The notes beneath the pieces are model-generated. The model had not been told where the DNA came from and did no database searches. It saw only the letters and a list, made by a program, of their open reading frames with translations. Below, piece by piece: positions 52,566 to 62,733 of a stretch of DNA of 64,000 bases. Source of the stretch: an uncultured Alphaproteobacteria bacterium (GTDB taxonomy: Bacteria > Pseudomonadota > Alphaproteobacteria > Rhizobiales > Aestuariivirgaceae); the NCBI GenBank assembly GCA_963776685.1, contig CAVZNM010000005.1:90475-154474 (forward strand). Reading direction: 5' to 3'. A program made the translations under genes and the position numbers. The stretch's first letter is position 1, and each line of letters starts with the position of its first letter.

Positions 52566-55018
52566 CGGATCACGACCGCATCCGCTTTCCTTCGGGATCG
52601 AACGGCGGCTCGGTGATGATCGTCGCCTTGCGGTTCTCGCCGATGATTTCGATCTCGAAGGCGCCCTTGCGAGATCATCCGGCCGAGTTCCTTCGGCACA
52701 TAGCCCTGCGCCATGGACTTGTCGACGAAATGCGCATAGCCGCCGGAGGTGACCCAGCCGATGACCTTGCCCTTGTGCCAGATCGGCTCGTCGCCCAGCA
52801 CATCGGCATCGTCGGCATCGACCACCATCGACACGCGCCGCAGCTTGCCGCCGCTGCGCTTCTCCTCCATCGCCGCATCGCGGCCGATGAAATCGTTCTT
52901 GGTGAGATCGATGAAGCGGTCGAGGCCGGCTTCGAAGCCGCCATAGATCGGGCGGAGCTCGCGGTACCAGGTGGGGAAGTTCTTCTCGAGCCGCATGGAG
53001 AGCAGCGCCCGCATGCCGAAATTGACGATGCCGAAGTCCTTGCCGGCCTTCATGATCTCCTGATAGAGGCGGCGCTGATACTCCGGCGCCACCCAGATCT
53101 CATAGCCGAGATCGCCGGTATAGGTGACGCGGTTGATGAGCGCCGGACAGTTGGCCGATGTCCATCGACGCGGTGGTCCATGAACTTGAAGGCGGCGTTG
53201 GAGACATCCTCGTCGGTCAGCCGCTGCAGCACCTCGCGCGACTTCGGGCCGGCGATGGAGAGGCCCGACCAGGCCCATGTCGTAGCGGTGGATCTTGACC
53301 GAGCCGTCCGTCGGCAGATGCTTCTCGAACCAGCGCATGTGATATTTCTGCGCCTGGCTCGAGCCCCACATGTAGAAGCACTCGTCCTTCGCCTTGGCGA
53401 TGGTGAAATCGCCGATGAGCTTGCCCTTGCGGGTTGAGCATCGGCGTCAGCACGATGCGGCCCATCTTCGGCATCTTGTTGGTCATCAGCCGCGACAGGA
53501 AGGCTTCCGCCCCGGCTCCGGTGAAGCGGTACTTGGCGAAATTGGCGATCTCGGTGACGCCCACGCCGTTGCGCGTCGCCAAGCACTTCGGCCTTCACAT
53601 GCGTGAAATCGTTGGAGCGGTGGAAGGAGACGATGTCCTTGGGCTCAACGCCCTTGGGCGCGAACCACAGCGGCGTCTCGAGGCCCCATGAATCGCCCAT
53701 CACCGCGCCTTGCGCGATCATCGTGTCGTAGAGCGCCGTCGTCTGCTGCGGCCGCGCCGCCGGCAGCTCCTCGTTGGGGAAGCGGATGGAGAAGCGGCGC
53801 GCATAATTCTCGCGCACCTTCTCGTTGGTGTAGGTGCGCGTCGCCCATTCGCCGAAGCGCGCGATGTCCATGGCCCAGACATCGAAGCCCGGATCGCCGT
53901 TGACCATCCATTGCGACAGCGCCAGGCCGACGCCGCCGCCCTGGCTGAAGCCCGCCATGACGGCGCAGGCGCACCAGAAATTCCTGCAGGCCCTGCACCG
54001 GGCCGACCAGCGGATTGCCGTCCGGCGAGAAGGTGAAGGGCCCGTTGATGACGCGCTTGATGCCGGCCTTGGCCAGCGCCGGAAAATGCTTGTAGCCGAG
54101 CTCGAGCGACGGCGCGATGCGGTCGAGATCGGGCGGCAGCAACTCCGGTGCCGAAATCCCACGGCGTCTGCTTCGGCTGCCACGGCTTGCAGGCCTTTTC
54201 ATAGGTGCCGAGCACGATGCCGGAGCGCTCCTGGCGCATGTAGATTTCGGATTTGAAGTCGATGATGTGCGGCAGCTCGCGGCCGCGCTCCTTGTTGTAG
54301 GCGACGACCTCCGGCATGTCGTCGGTGACGAGATACATGTGCTCCATGGCGAGCACCGGCAGTTCGAGCCCGACCATGCGGCCCGACTTCGCGCGCCCAC
54401 AGCCCGCCGCAATTGACGACATGCTCGGCATGGATATTGCCGTTGCACGGTGATCACGTCCCAGCGTGCCGTCCTTGCGCGGCTTGAGATCGGTCACGCG
54501 GCAGTTCTGGTAGATCTCCGCGCCGTCGATGCGCGCCGACTTGGCATAGGCATGCGTCGTGCCTTCCGGATCGAGATTGCCGTCGGCCGCATCGAGCATG
54601 GCGCCGACGAAATATTTCTCCTCCAGCAGCGGATGCAGCGCCTTTGCCTCCTTCATGCGTCATGAGTCTCGGTTTCAAGGCCGAGATAGCGGGCCCGCGC
54701 ATGGGCCATCTTCAGCCATTCCATGCGCTCCGGCGTATCGGCGAGGATCAGCCCGCCGGAGCGGTGCAGCCCGCAGGCCTGGCCGGAAATCTTCTCGAGC
54801 TCGTCGTAGAGCCCGATGGTGTAGCCCTGCAGCTTCGCCACATTGGGATCGCCGTTGAGCGTGTGGAAGCCGCCCGCCGCATGCCAGGTGGAGCCGGAGG
54901 TGAGCCGGTCGCGCTCGACCAGCACGACGTCTTTCCAGCCCGCCTTGGTGAGATGATAGAGCACCGAGCAGCCGACGACGCCGCCGCCGATGACCACGAC
55001 GCGAGCCTGGGTTTTCAT
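52562..55018 (-). CDS. GcvT-family FAD oxidoreductase, dimethylglycine dehydrogenase-like (many frameshifts)
   Basis: VVIGGGVVGCS, LTSGSTWHAAG, NGPFTFSPDGNP, YTGDLGYE and VTSGGYAH motifs. Confidence 0.87.
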
Positions 55019-55116
55019 GGGATATCCCTATGGGAAGAGGTTTTGGACCGCCTCCATAGACGACCCGGGCGCCTTCCCGCAACAGTCCCGCCCGTGAGAA
55101 GATTTCAACCGGACCG

Positions 55117-55152
55117 CAAAATGCAGATGGCCCCGCCGGGAGCGGGGCCATC
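55117..55152 (-). terminator. Intrinsic terminator after HU
   Basis: Perfect 11-bp stem GATGGCCCCGC/GCGGGGCCATC (55126-55152) followed on the minus strand by TGCATTTT. Confidence 0.65.
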
Positions 55153-55175
55153 GGTCAAATCGGAATGGGCGATAC

Positions 55176-55469
55176 TTAGATCGCTTCCTTGACTTCCTTG
55201 GCGGCGCGGAAGGCGAGCTTCTTCGACGCCTTGATCTTGATCGCCTCGCCGGTCGCCGGGTTGCGGCCCATGCGGGCGGGACGCTTGCGGACCTGGAAAA
55301 TACCGAGGCCGGTGACGCGAACCTTGTTGCCCTTCTTCAGATTTCTGACCAGGAGGTCGATGAAGCCGCCGAGAAACTCATTGACCGCTTTCTTCGACAT
55401 CGCGTTCTTCTCCGCCAGCTCGCCCGCGAGCTTAGACAGCGGTATCGTCATTACTTTTTCATCAGCCAT
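55176..55469 (-). CDS. HU family DNA-binding protein
   Basis: GLGIFQVRKRPARMGRNPATGEAIKI motif. AGGAG RBS. Confidence 0.92.
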   Translation of the reverse strand: MADEKVMTIPLSKLAGELAEKNAMSKKAVNEFLGGFIDLLVRNLKKGNKVRVTGLGIFQVRKRPARMGRNPATGEAIKIKASKKLAFRAAKEVKEAI

Positions 55470-55675
55470 GTTTCTCTCCTTTGCCGGGTAGGCCGCCGCC
55501 AGCGTTAGCGCAGCGAGCGATTCGTGAAAACCCTTATTTTTAGGGGTTTTTTGATTCACCAGTGCGCAAAAGGCTGTAAAATCACGATCAGGGCTAGGCG
55601 AATGCTGGAGGAGTTAAGAATTATACAGTTAATTCAAATAGATACTGGCATCACCCGGTGCTTGTCGGCACGGAA

Positions 55676-57241
55676 TCATTGCCGATCGCTGAGTTGCCTG
55701 AACAGCAGCGCGCCGGTCACCTCATGGAAATGGTATAGGTTGGCCCTGCTTTCATAGACCATGTGGCGGTCCGGGAGTTCTTCGATTGCCACTTCGAAAT
55801 AGGCATTGAGGATACGCCGGAAGGTGTTCACCGGACTCGTGGCAGGAGAGATATGCGCCGTGTCGACGCCGGGAAGATACATGGCGCTGAAGATCGCCAT
55901 CTTCTCGCGAAGTTCGGCCGGCGTTGTCGCAAGCCAATCGACTCCGCCGAAATCGCGTCCAATGACGGTCACTTCGTCGCCGGCGTATTTCTGCGGCCAG
56001 GGGCCTTCATCCGCCTGCAGGATGATGATCGGTTTGAGCCCGGGGGCAGCAAGCAGGCGGTCGACCATCGCAAGGATTTGCCGGTTCGCGTATTTGAGTT
56101 GACCGACATAGTTCTCACTGCGGCTGCGCGACAGCGCCTCATCGAGTTCCATGCAGCGGCCCGTTTCATGCGTGACAAAAGGCGGATGCGGTATCAGGAA
56201 ATGCGCGAAAACGAACTTCGGTTTGCCGCTGCCGCCGAGATTGCCGAGAGTCTCGAACATCAACCGCGACCTCTGGCACTGCCACCACAAGGGATCGGCC
56301 GGCCTGAAACCCGCGACCCGCCCGGCTTTCACGATCAGCGAATACTCATAAATGACACGGGCCAGTTCCGGCATCTCGTAAAAATTGTGAAAGAAGTCGG
56401 CAATCGCGATGCGCCGCGTCGGCTCCCACCAGGTGCCGGAGAAATGAATCTCGTAACCCTGGCCCTTGAGGAAACGGCCGATGCGGAAATCCTGCAGCAT
56501 GTCATAGAGCGGCAGCCAGTCGGACTTGTTCTTGGTGGCCGGCGTGTCAAGCCGGTCGAGATAGTCGAAATTGAGCGACGAGATGACCGAGTGAGTGGTG
56601 CGCTGGTAGTTCGAATAGGCTTCGTCGGCGACGAAAAATCCGCGCTTGCGCAGCGCGCCGATGAATCCGGAGTTGTCGTGACCGAACACTTGCTGCAACT
56701 GGTCGCCGCGCGCATAGCGGTCGAAGATGATGTAGTAGATGTCCCGCTTTTCCTGCACCGCGGAAGCTGGAGCCGGCAGATCGTCGAAAGCGTGGGCGGT
56801 CTCCGCCCTGATTTCGGCGCGCTTCTCCCAGGTGGATGCAAAATAGATCTGAATGAGAATCGGCGCGAGAAAGACGAAGACGCCGATCGTACTCACGACG
56901 GGCAGAAGACGCCGCGATTCCTTCCAGAAGAACACAACCGCGGCCAATGCCGCCCATCCCGCCGCCCACGGGAGATGCGATTGGTTCGGACCGAGAAAGT
57001 TGACCGGCAGGAACACGGCGGCGAAGGCGATGGCCAGCAGCAGGTCCGTGAGATCGGGACGCCGGAACACCAGCCGGAGCAGCACCATGAGTGCCAAGAA
57101 TGCCGCCAGGAATGCGGCCGCGGTCCATAGCCCATGCATGAGACTCAGCCGGTCGATATTGCGCGCATAGAGCATGGAGACGGGCAGGAGCGGCAATAGC
57201 ACCGCGTAAGGTGGAAGTGAGAAGAGGCGTTTGTCGCTCAT
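55676..57241 (-). CDS. Membrane-anchored sulfatase/alkaline-phosphatase-superfamily transferase (NoeB-like)
   Basis: About 5 N-terminal TM segments, then YYIIFDRY, SNYQRTTHS, HFLIPHPPF and ILQADEG. Confidence 0.72.
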   Translation of the reverse strand: MSDKRLFSLPPYAVLLPLLPVSMLYARNIDRLSLMHGLWTAAAFLAAFLALMVLLRLVFRRPDLTDLLLAIAFAAVFLPVNFLGPNQSHLPWAAGWAALAAVVFFWKESRRLLPVVSTIGVFVFLAPILIQIYFASTWEKRAEIRAETAHAFDDLPAPASAVQEKRDIYYIIFDRYARGDQLQQVFGHDNSGFIGALRKRGFFVADEAYSNYQRTTHSVISSLNFDYLDRLDTPATKNKSDWLPLYDMLQDFRIGRFLKGQGYEIHFSGTWWEPTRRIAIADFFHNFYEMPELARVIYEYSLIVKAGRVAGFRPADPLWWQCQRSRLMFETLGNLGGSGKPKFVFAHFLIPHPPFVTHETGRCMELDEALSRSRSENYVGQLKYANRQILAMVDRLLAAPGLKPIIILQADEGPWPQKYAGDEVTVIGRDFGGVDWLATTPAELREKMAIFSAMYLPGVDTAHISPATSPVNTFRRILNAYFEVAIEELPDRHMVYESRANLYHFHEVTGALLFRQLSDRQ

Positions 57242-57260
57242 GCAACCTCTCTGGCCGATG

Positions 57261-58661
57261 TCACGCCGAGCGATCGAACAAGTACAGCGTCCGGCCGGCC
57301 GAAGAGACCTTCTCCGACCTGACGATGCGGGCTCGCGCCGAAATTGCCGCTTCAAAATTCTTCTGGGTGTAACCGGGGAAGACGTCCTCGCGCAGCGCCA
57401 GCAGCTGTTGCACGGTAGGGTCGGTCTTCTGTACAAATTCAATGATACCGATTGGCGCGGCCTTGACGAGCCAGTCGACTACGCGGTCAAGCGGCACGTT
57501 GCGGCCGATGGCGAGGTGATGTTCGAAAGCCAGCGCAACCACGGCGTCGGCGCCGCCGCGCGCCGCCACGCTCTTGCGCTCGGCGTTCGCCCATCCCTGG
57601 TCTGGTGTGGGATTGGCGCCGTCCTGGAACAGCGGCAGGAGGTTCAGCGACTTGGCACGGGCCCTGGCATAGGCCCGTTCGAGGGCGCCCTGATCGAAAT
57701 CGAAGCCGATCACGCGGCCCGCGCCAGCAGCCAACGCCACTTCGGAATAATCGCCCGTGTTGCAGCCGATGTCCCACAGGGTTTTCGGTTTCGCCTTGCC
57801 GCAGAACTCCGCCACGAATCGGCGCTTGGCCTGTTGCTCTTCGGAATGATAGGTCGTGTTCTCGGCGTAGTTCTGCCAGACCGACGCACCCGTATCCCTG
57901 GGTTCAAGACCTTTGATCCATTGGCGGAGCGACTGCAGCATGCGCTCGTAGCCGAGTTTCGGAAGCTTCACATTGCGGGCGCGCGCAACGCTTTTGCCAT
58001 TATCCGCCATGGCGCCGGCCTGCAGCCGCGCCTGCATGGTGACATGGCTCAGCACGTTGAAGGACAGGTTCCGCCACCACGGCATCATGCGCGCCAGATA
58101 CATCGTCTCGACGCCCTCGAGACCGCCGCGGAACCAGGAATTGTGAGGGATGCCGAAGAAGGCCCGCAACAGGAGCGGATTCAGGAACTGCTCGCAGAAC
58201 TGGCGATGTCCCGCCCAGACTTCGCTGTCGCGGTAGCGGCGCAGCGATAGCACGTCGATGAAAATGGGCCTCGAACCGTTGAATTGCACATTGTAGGCGC
58301 TTGCGTCCGAGAGGCTGACGCCGGCGCGCAGGGCTTCAATCTGGATGTCGAGGTGCAGCAGCGCTGCCGCCTTGAGGAGCGGGAAGGACCATTCATAAGG
58401 ATAGGAAATGAATGGGATGCGGCTGTGGCGCAAGACCATCTGCGCCTCGACGCTGGCGTCCTTCAGGACCTTGCGGTCCACTTCCTCGGTGACGACGATT
58501 TTATTCCGAGCGGCGAGTTTTTCGAGCAGGCCGCTGTCGCGGACAAAGCCGAATTCTTCGGTCGCGCTATCCGAAACCGTACGGTAGATTTCGCCGCCCA
58601 ACTCGTAAATCCGCCCGCTCGGATCCCGGAAAGAGCCCGCATCGACGAGGGCCTTGGTCAT
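57261..58661 (-). CDS. NoeA-like protein: kinase-like N-domain plus class I SAM methyltransferase
   Basis: SFRDPSG, FISYPYEW, DASAYN...IFID, WDIGCNTGDYS, LAFEHHL and IIEFV motifs. Confidence 0.8.
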   Translation of the reverse strand: MTKALVDAGSFRDPSGRIYELGGEIYRTVSDSATEEFGFVRDSGLLEKLAARNKIVVTEEVDRKVLKDASVEAQMVLRHSRIPFISYPYEWSFPLLKAAALLHLDIQIEALRAGVSLSDASAYNVQFNGSRPIFIDVLSLRRYRDSEVWAGHRQFCEQFLNPLLLRAFFGIPHNSWFRGGLEGVETMYLARMMPWWRNLSFNVLSHVTMQARLQAGAMADNGKSVARARNVKLPKLGYERMLQSLRQWIKGLEPRDTGASVWQNYAENTTYHSEEQQAKRRFVAEFCGKAKPKTLWDIGCNTGDYSEVALAAGAGRVIGFDFDQGALERAYARARAKSLNLLPLFQDGANPTPDQGWANAERKSVAARGGADAVVALAFEHHLAIGRNVPLDRVVDWLVKAAPIGIIEFVQKTDPTVQQLLALREDVFPGYTQKNFEAAISARARIVRSEKVSSAGRTLYLFDRSA

Positions 58662-58885
58662 TGTGCGGAGTCGGACTCGTCTTCCGTATCTGCCGCATTG
58701 CGTGACACGCCGAACAAGGCCTTTAGCTTGTACCAGTAGATCTTGATCACGAAGAGCGAGCTTGCGACCGTGGCGACGATCGCCTGCAGGATGATGCTTC
58801 CGGTCCCGGGATCGAGATAGGCATGGGCGTGGCCGCTGGCACAAATGAGCACCGCGAAACTCGCGAGAACGGTAGATAAACGCAT
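58658..58885 (-). CDS. Small exported membrane peptide with YLDPGTGS motif
   Basis: Signal peptide ending AHA, then YLDPGTGS, a TM helix and a charged tail. ATGA overlap with the next gene. Confidence 0.75.
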   Translation of the reverse strand: MRLSTVLASFAVLICASGHAHAYLDPGTGSIILQAIVATVASSLFVIKIYWYKLKALFGVSRNAADTEDESDSAQ

Positions 58886-58977
58886 AACCTTGACTCCCCG
58901 GACTGATACCGAATGGCATCAAGGCTAACGGCTGAATCTAAATTAACGCTTAAGCAACTATGCCGAATTGCGGGGGT

Positions 58978-59910
58978 TCAGAACTTCCTCAGCCATTCCG
59001 GGTGCGGATAGGCGACGGGTTCCTTGGGCGTCAGAAAATAGCGCCGGAAGATTTCCCAATAACTGCGCATGAGATAGCCGTGGTTCTTGGCGAGCAGTGC
59101 TTGGCGCTCGGCCCGGTAATAGGCGGGGAGCTTGTACCAGGCGAGCCGCGGATTGGTATGGTGCGCGATGTGCAAATTGTTGTTGAGGAACATCAGTGCC
59201 ATCACCGGCGAGGCCTCCACCACGATAGTGCGCTCGCCCAGGTCTCTTACCGCCTGGTGTTCGCAGAACGAGCGGACGAGCGAGAAGGCCAGCCCCGGCC
59301 ACGCGAACAGGACGAGATATTGCCAGACGGCGATATCGCAGATGAAGACGGCATAGGCCAGCACTATGGCGCAGGCCGGAACATGCAGGGCCCAGGCCTT
59401 GGTGATCTCGGCATCGCCGCGCGCCAGCGCTGCAAATTCCGCCGTCCACAGGCGCGCCGTGGCGATGATGGGTCCCATGAGCATGCGGCCGGCGAGTGTA
59501 TTGTTCATAGTGTACAGCTGCTTGAGGGGTGCGGGCAGGCGGGCCCAGTCCTCCGGCAAGAGGTAGTAGGATTCCGGATCAAGCTGCGGATCGGTGAGGT
59601 GATCGTCATTGTGATGGGTGAGGTGCAGCTTGCGGTAACGCCGGTAAGGGAACCAGAGGCCGGGATTAACGAAGACCAGGGCCTCATTAAGGAGCGCATT
59701 GCGCGTCGGATGGCCGTGCAGCGCCTCGTGCTGCAGCGAGCCGTGCAGCGCGATCAGATAGCCGGCGAGGGGCGCGACCAGCCACCAGGGAAGAGAGTGG
59801 AAATTCCACATTAACAGGGCAAGCGCGCCATAGGTGGCCGCTATCAGAACGACCGTCGGCCATTCGACCGAAGCCGGCCTGCTTTGAGCGATTTCGATAG
59901 GCATTTGCAT
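58978..59910 (-). CDS. Fatty acid desaturase-family (membrane di-iron) protein
   Basis: His boxes HEALH, HLTHH and HIAHH. Start approximate. Confidence 0.85.
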   Translation of the reverse strand: MQMPIEIAQSRPASVEWPTVVLIAATYGALALLMWNFHSLPWWLVAPLAGYLIALHGSLQHEALHGHPTRNALLNEALVFVNPGLWFPYRRYRKLHLTHHNDDHLTDPQLDPESYYLLPEDWARLPAPLKQLYTMNNTLAGRMLMGPIIATARLWTAEFAALARGDAEITKAWALHVPACAIVLAYAVFICDIAVWQYLVLFAWPGLAFSLVRSFCEHQAVRDLGERTIVVEASPVMALMFLNNNLHIAHHTNPRLAWYKLPAYYRAERQALLAKNHGYLMRSYWEIFRRYFLTPKEPVAYPHPEWLRKF

Positions 59911-59954
59911 GGGCTTCAATTATTGCGATTTGCTGTGGAGCGCAAGATGACGCG

Positions 59955-60720
59955 ATGATTGCTTCCTTGCCGATGTATGACTGGCCGGAAGTGCGCGAGG
60001 CGACCGACGCCTGGTGGGTGGGGCTTGCCCGACATCTCGGGGTTGCAACGGGTCTTGACCATGGTCCCGATCATGCCGCGTCCTGGCAGCGGTCCGATCT
60101 CCTGTTCAGCCAGACCTGCGGCTATCCCTTCACCCACGCCCTGAGGGGCAAGCTGCGCCTGGTCGCCACCCCCCATTACGGCGTCGACGGCTGCAAAGGC
60201 CCGGATTATTGCAGCATGATCCTCGCCCGGGAGGCGCGGCCACTTGCGGCCTTTCGCGGCAGCCGCGCCGCCATTAACCATGCCGATTCCATGTCGGGAA
60301 TGCTGGCGCTGAAACTGGTCTTCGCACCGCTGGCGCGGAACGGCAGCTTTTTCGACTCGGCCTTCATCTCGGGCGGCCATATCAAGATCGATGACCGCGG
60401 TCCGCGACGGGAAGGCCGATATTTGCGCCATCGATGCTGTCTGCGTGGCGCTGGCCAAGCGCTATCGCCCCGACGATCTCGAAGGCCTGGTCGAGGTCGC
60501 CCGCTCTCCCATGGTGCCGGGACTGCCTTATGTGACGGCAGCCGGGGACATCACAAAGCTGCGAATGGGCCTTGCCGAAGCCTTCGCCGACCCCACATTG
60601 CGTGAGGCGCGCGACGGGCTGTTTCTAACCGGCCATTCCGTGCTCGATGCGAAAGACTATGAGCGCATCATCGATCTTGAAACCGCCATGAAAAAGGCCG
60701 GAGGCCTGGCACTGCTATGA
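59955..60720 (+). CDS. PhnD/SsuA-like binding-fold protein without signal peptide (one frameshift)
   Basis: SLPMYD, SQTCGYP, SMSG, SGGH and ADICAIDAV motifs. Confidence 0.78.
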
Positions 60721-61370
60721 TCGATCTTTACACCTGGAGCACGCCCAACGGCCGCAAGATTTCCATCGCACTCGAAGAGATGGGGCTGGCTTACGCGGTT
60801 CATCCTGTCGATATCGGCAAGGATGAGCAGTTCAGGCCGGAGTTTCTGGCGATCTCGCCCAACAACAAGATCCCGGCGATCGTCGACCGCGATACCGGCA
60901 TCAGCGTCTTCGAGTCGGGCGCCATTCTCATGTATCTCGGCGACAAGACCGGAAAATTCTATCCGGCGGAGAAGCTCGCCCGCCTCCGCATTCATGAATG
61001 GCTGATGTGGCAGATGTCGGCGGTGGGGCCGATGCTCGGCCGCGCCCATTATTTTCTGCAATACAATGCGGGCAAGGCGCCCTTCGCCGACGACTGGTTC
61101 AGCGCCGAAGCCCGCCGCATCTACGGCGTGCTCGACCGCCAGCTTAAGGACCGCGAATTCATGTGCGGCGATTATTCCATCGTCGACATTGCGACCTTCC
61201 CGTGGATTGCCCGTCACCGCTGGCAGCGCATCGATCTTGACGATTTTCCGCAGGTGCGGCGCTGGTATCTGGCGATGGCCGCACGGCCCGCGGTACAGAA
61301 GGGCTACAAGGTGCCCGATGCCGCCGCCGAGATTCCGATGCCGGAGGGCGCTATTTCCGCACCGGCATGA
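60717..61370 (+). CDS. Glutathione S-transferase, YfcG/YghU-like
   Basis: STPNG, SPNNKIPAI and FESGAIL motifs. Confidence 0.9.
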   Translation: MIDLYTWSTPNGRKISIALEEMGLAYAVHPVDIGKDEQFRPEFLAISPNNKIPAIVDRDTGISVFESGAILMYLGDKTGKFYPAEKLARLRIHEWLMWQMSAVGPMLGRAHYFLQYNAGKAPFADDWFSAEARRIYGVLDRQLKDREFMCGDYSIVDIATFPWIARHRWQRIDLDDFPQVRRWYLAMAARPAVQKGYKVPDAAAEIPMPEGAISAPA

Positions 61371-61986
61371 CTTCATCCGCCGAAATCCGCGACTTGACGA
61401 ATTCCTCACGCATCTCGCAATGGATAGAGAGGGAGTGGAGGCGGGGATATTTACCGGTCGGAAAGGCCTCCGGAAGTCGGAGCTTGAGGTAGCCGAGCAT
61501 GCAGCCGATCATCACATCGGCCTGGGTCATGTGGCTGTCGATGAACCACGGTGCGCCGCACTGGTGCTCGAGATGTTCAAGCCCGCCCTTGGCTTGGCCG
61601 AGGCAGCGCGTCACCCAATCCTCGCTCACCGTCTTGCCCTTGTGCCAATAACGCTCGTAGACCACGGAACCCGCCTTGTCGACGACGCCCACCGCCATGG
61701 CGGCCGCCTGCAGCACTTTGCGCCGCTCCGGCCCATGGGCTGGGGTCAGTGCCCGGGCGCCCCCCGCTACCTCGTCGAGATGATCGACAATGGCGCCGGA
61801 ATCGATCAGCACGTCGCCCGACTCCAGAATGAGCGCCGGCACCCGCACCAGGGGATTGAGCTTCTGCATCGCCTTGGCGTTCTGGAACACCGAGAGTGCA
61901 TTGCGCTCGAACGGCATGTGGTAGTGATGCAGCGTCACCGCGACACGGCGAACGAATGGCGAGTCATATTGCCCGACGAGGATCAT
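61351..61986 (-). CDS. Glutathione S-transferase
   Basis: DSPFVRR, NPLVRVPAL and DSGAI motifs. Confidence 0.87.
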   Translation of the reverse strand: MILVGQYDSPFVRRVAVTLHHYHMPFERNALSVFQNAKAMQKLNPLVRVPALILESGDVLIDSGAIVDHLDEVAGGARALTPAHGPERRKVLQAAAMAVGVVDKAGSVVYERYWHKGKTVSEDWVTRCLGQAKGGLEHLEHQCGAPWFIDSHMTQADVMIGCMLGYLKLRLPEAFPTGKYPRLHSLSIHCEMREEFVKSRISADEVMPVRK

Positions 61987-61994
61987 GCGCGCAA

Positions 61995-62420
61995 TTATCG
62001 CGCGTCGGCAACCGCGATGTCGAGGGTTTTCCCGAGTACGGCAAAGGCCTTTTCGATCTTGGCAAGACTGGTTGCATGGTTGAGATCGAGCAGCCGGTCG
62101 ATTTCCTGCCGGTGCAGGTCCATCTTGCGCGCCAGATCGGCCTTGCGCACGCCGTCTTTCCACATCTGCTGGTAAAGCAGAACCTTGACGGCAGCTTGAA
62201 TCGGCAGTGTCACCCGCGGATCGGCGGCCTTACCCTTGGAAGGCGAGGGGATTTTCTCGCGATCCGAAATGCGAGCTTCAATTGCTTCTTCGAAAGCGCC
62301 AATGGCATGAGAAAGGGCATCCTCGCGGCCTTGGCCAAACGTCACGAGTTCCGGAAAATCGGGCGACGTTACGAGGATTGTGCCTTCATCATTCTCAAGT
62401 TTTACGCGATACGAGATCAT
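61995..62420 (-). CDS. hicB: HicB antitoxin with C-terminal HTH
   Basis: VTSPDFPELVTFG...DAL and KADLARKM...IDRLLD. Confidence 0.87.
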   Translation of the reverse strand: MISYRVKLENDEGTILVTSPDFPELVTFGQGREDALSHAIGAFEEAIEARISDREKIPSPSKGKAADPRVTLPIQAAVKVLLYQQMWKDGVRKADLARKMDLHRQEIDRLLDLNHATSLAKIEKAFAVLGKTLDIAVADAR

Positions 62421-62608
62421 TTCAAGCCGAGGTCTTTCTTTATGGCTTGAACGAGGCCTTTGCCCAGTTCCTTGCCCTTTCCATGTGCGGGTAGTTGGGA
62501 CTTCTTGGTTCCCCGTCGTACGGTGATGTGGCCACTACCACCTTTGTGTGTCTCAAATGTGCAACCTTGCTTGGCAAGCCAGCGGCGGAATTCGGAATAA
62601 GTCGGCAT
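62417..62608 (-). CDS. hicA: HicA toxin
   Basis: 63-aa basic protein with GGSGH, PAHG and IKKDLGL. ATGA overlap with hicB. Confidence 0.87.
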   Translation of the reverse strand: MPTYSEFRRWLAKQGCTFETHKGGSGHITVRRGTKKSQLPAHGKGKELGKGLVQAIKKDLGLK

Positions 62609-62709
62609 GCACGACTCCTAATCTGTGTTTCATAGCGCAGGTCTCCTCATTGATTCACCGCCACCTTGTTTGGTTTGGCGAGCAGGATGTCTTTAGATGA
62701 GAATGGCAA

Positions 62710-62733
62710 TTTGTCAACAAAAATGTTGGCAAA
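62710..62733. promoter_or_regulatory. Probable hicAB operator overlapping a TTGACA -35
   Basis: TTTGTCAACA-AAAA-TGTTGGCAAA inverted repeat with one mismatch, upstream of hicA. Confidence 0.5.

Noticed and set aside
47069-55018. Programmed frameshifting or pseudogenes in sox and GcvT-family genes
   Set aside because: Too many scattered indels with no consistent slippery sites, and catalytic motifs are intact. Sequencing error is more parsimonious.
55676-58661. Symbiosis island implied by noeA/noeB-like genes
   Set aside because: No nodABC, nod box, nif genes or mobility genes in the window.
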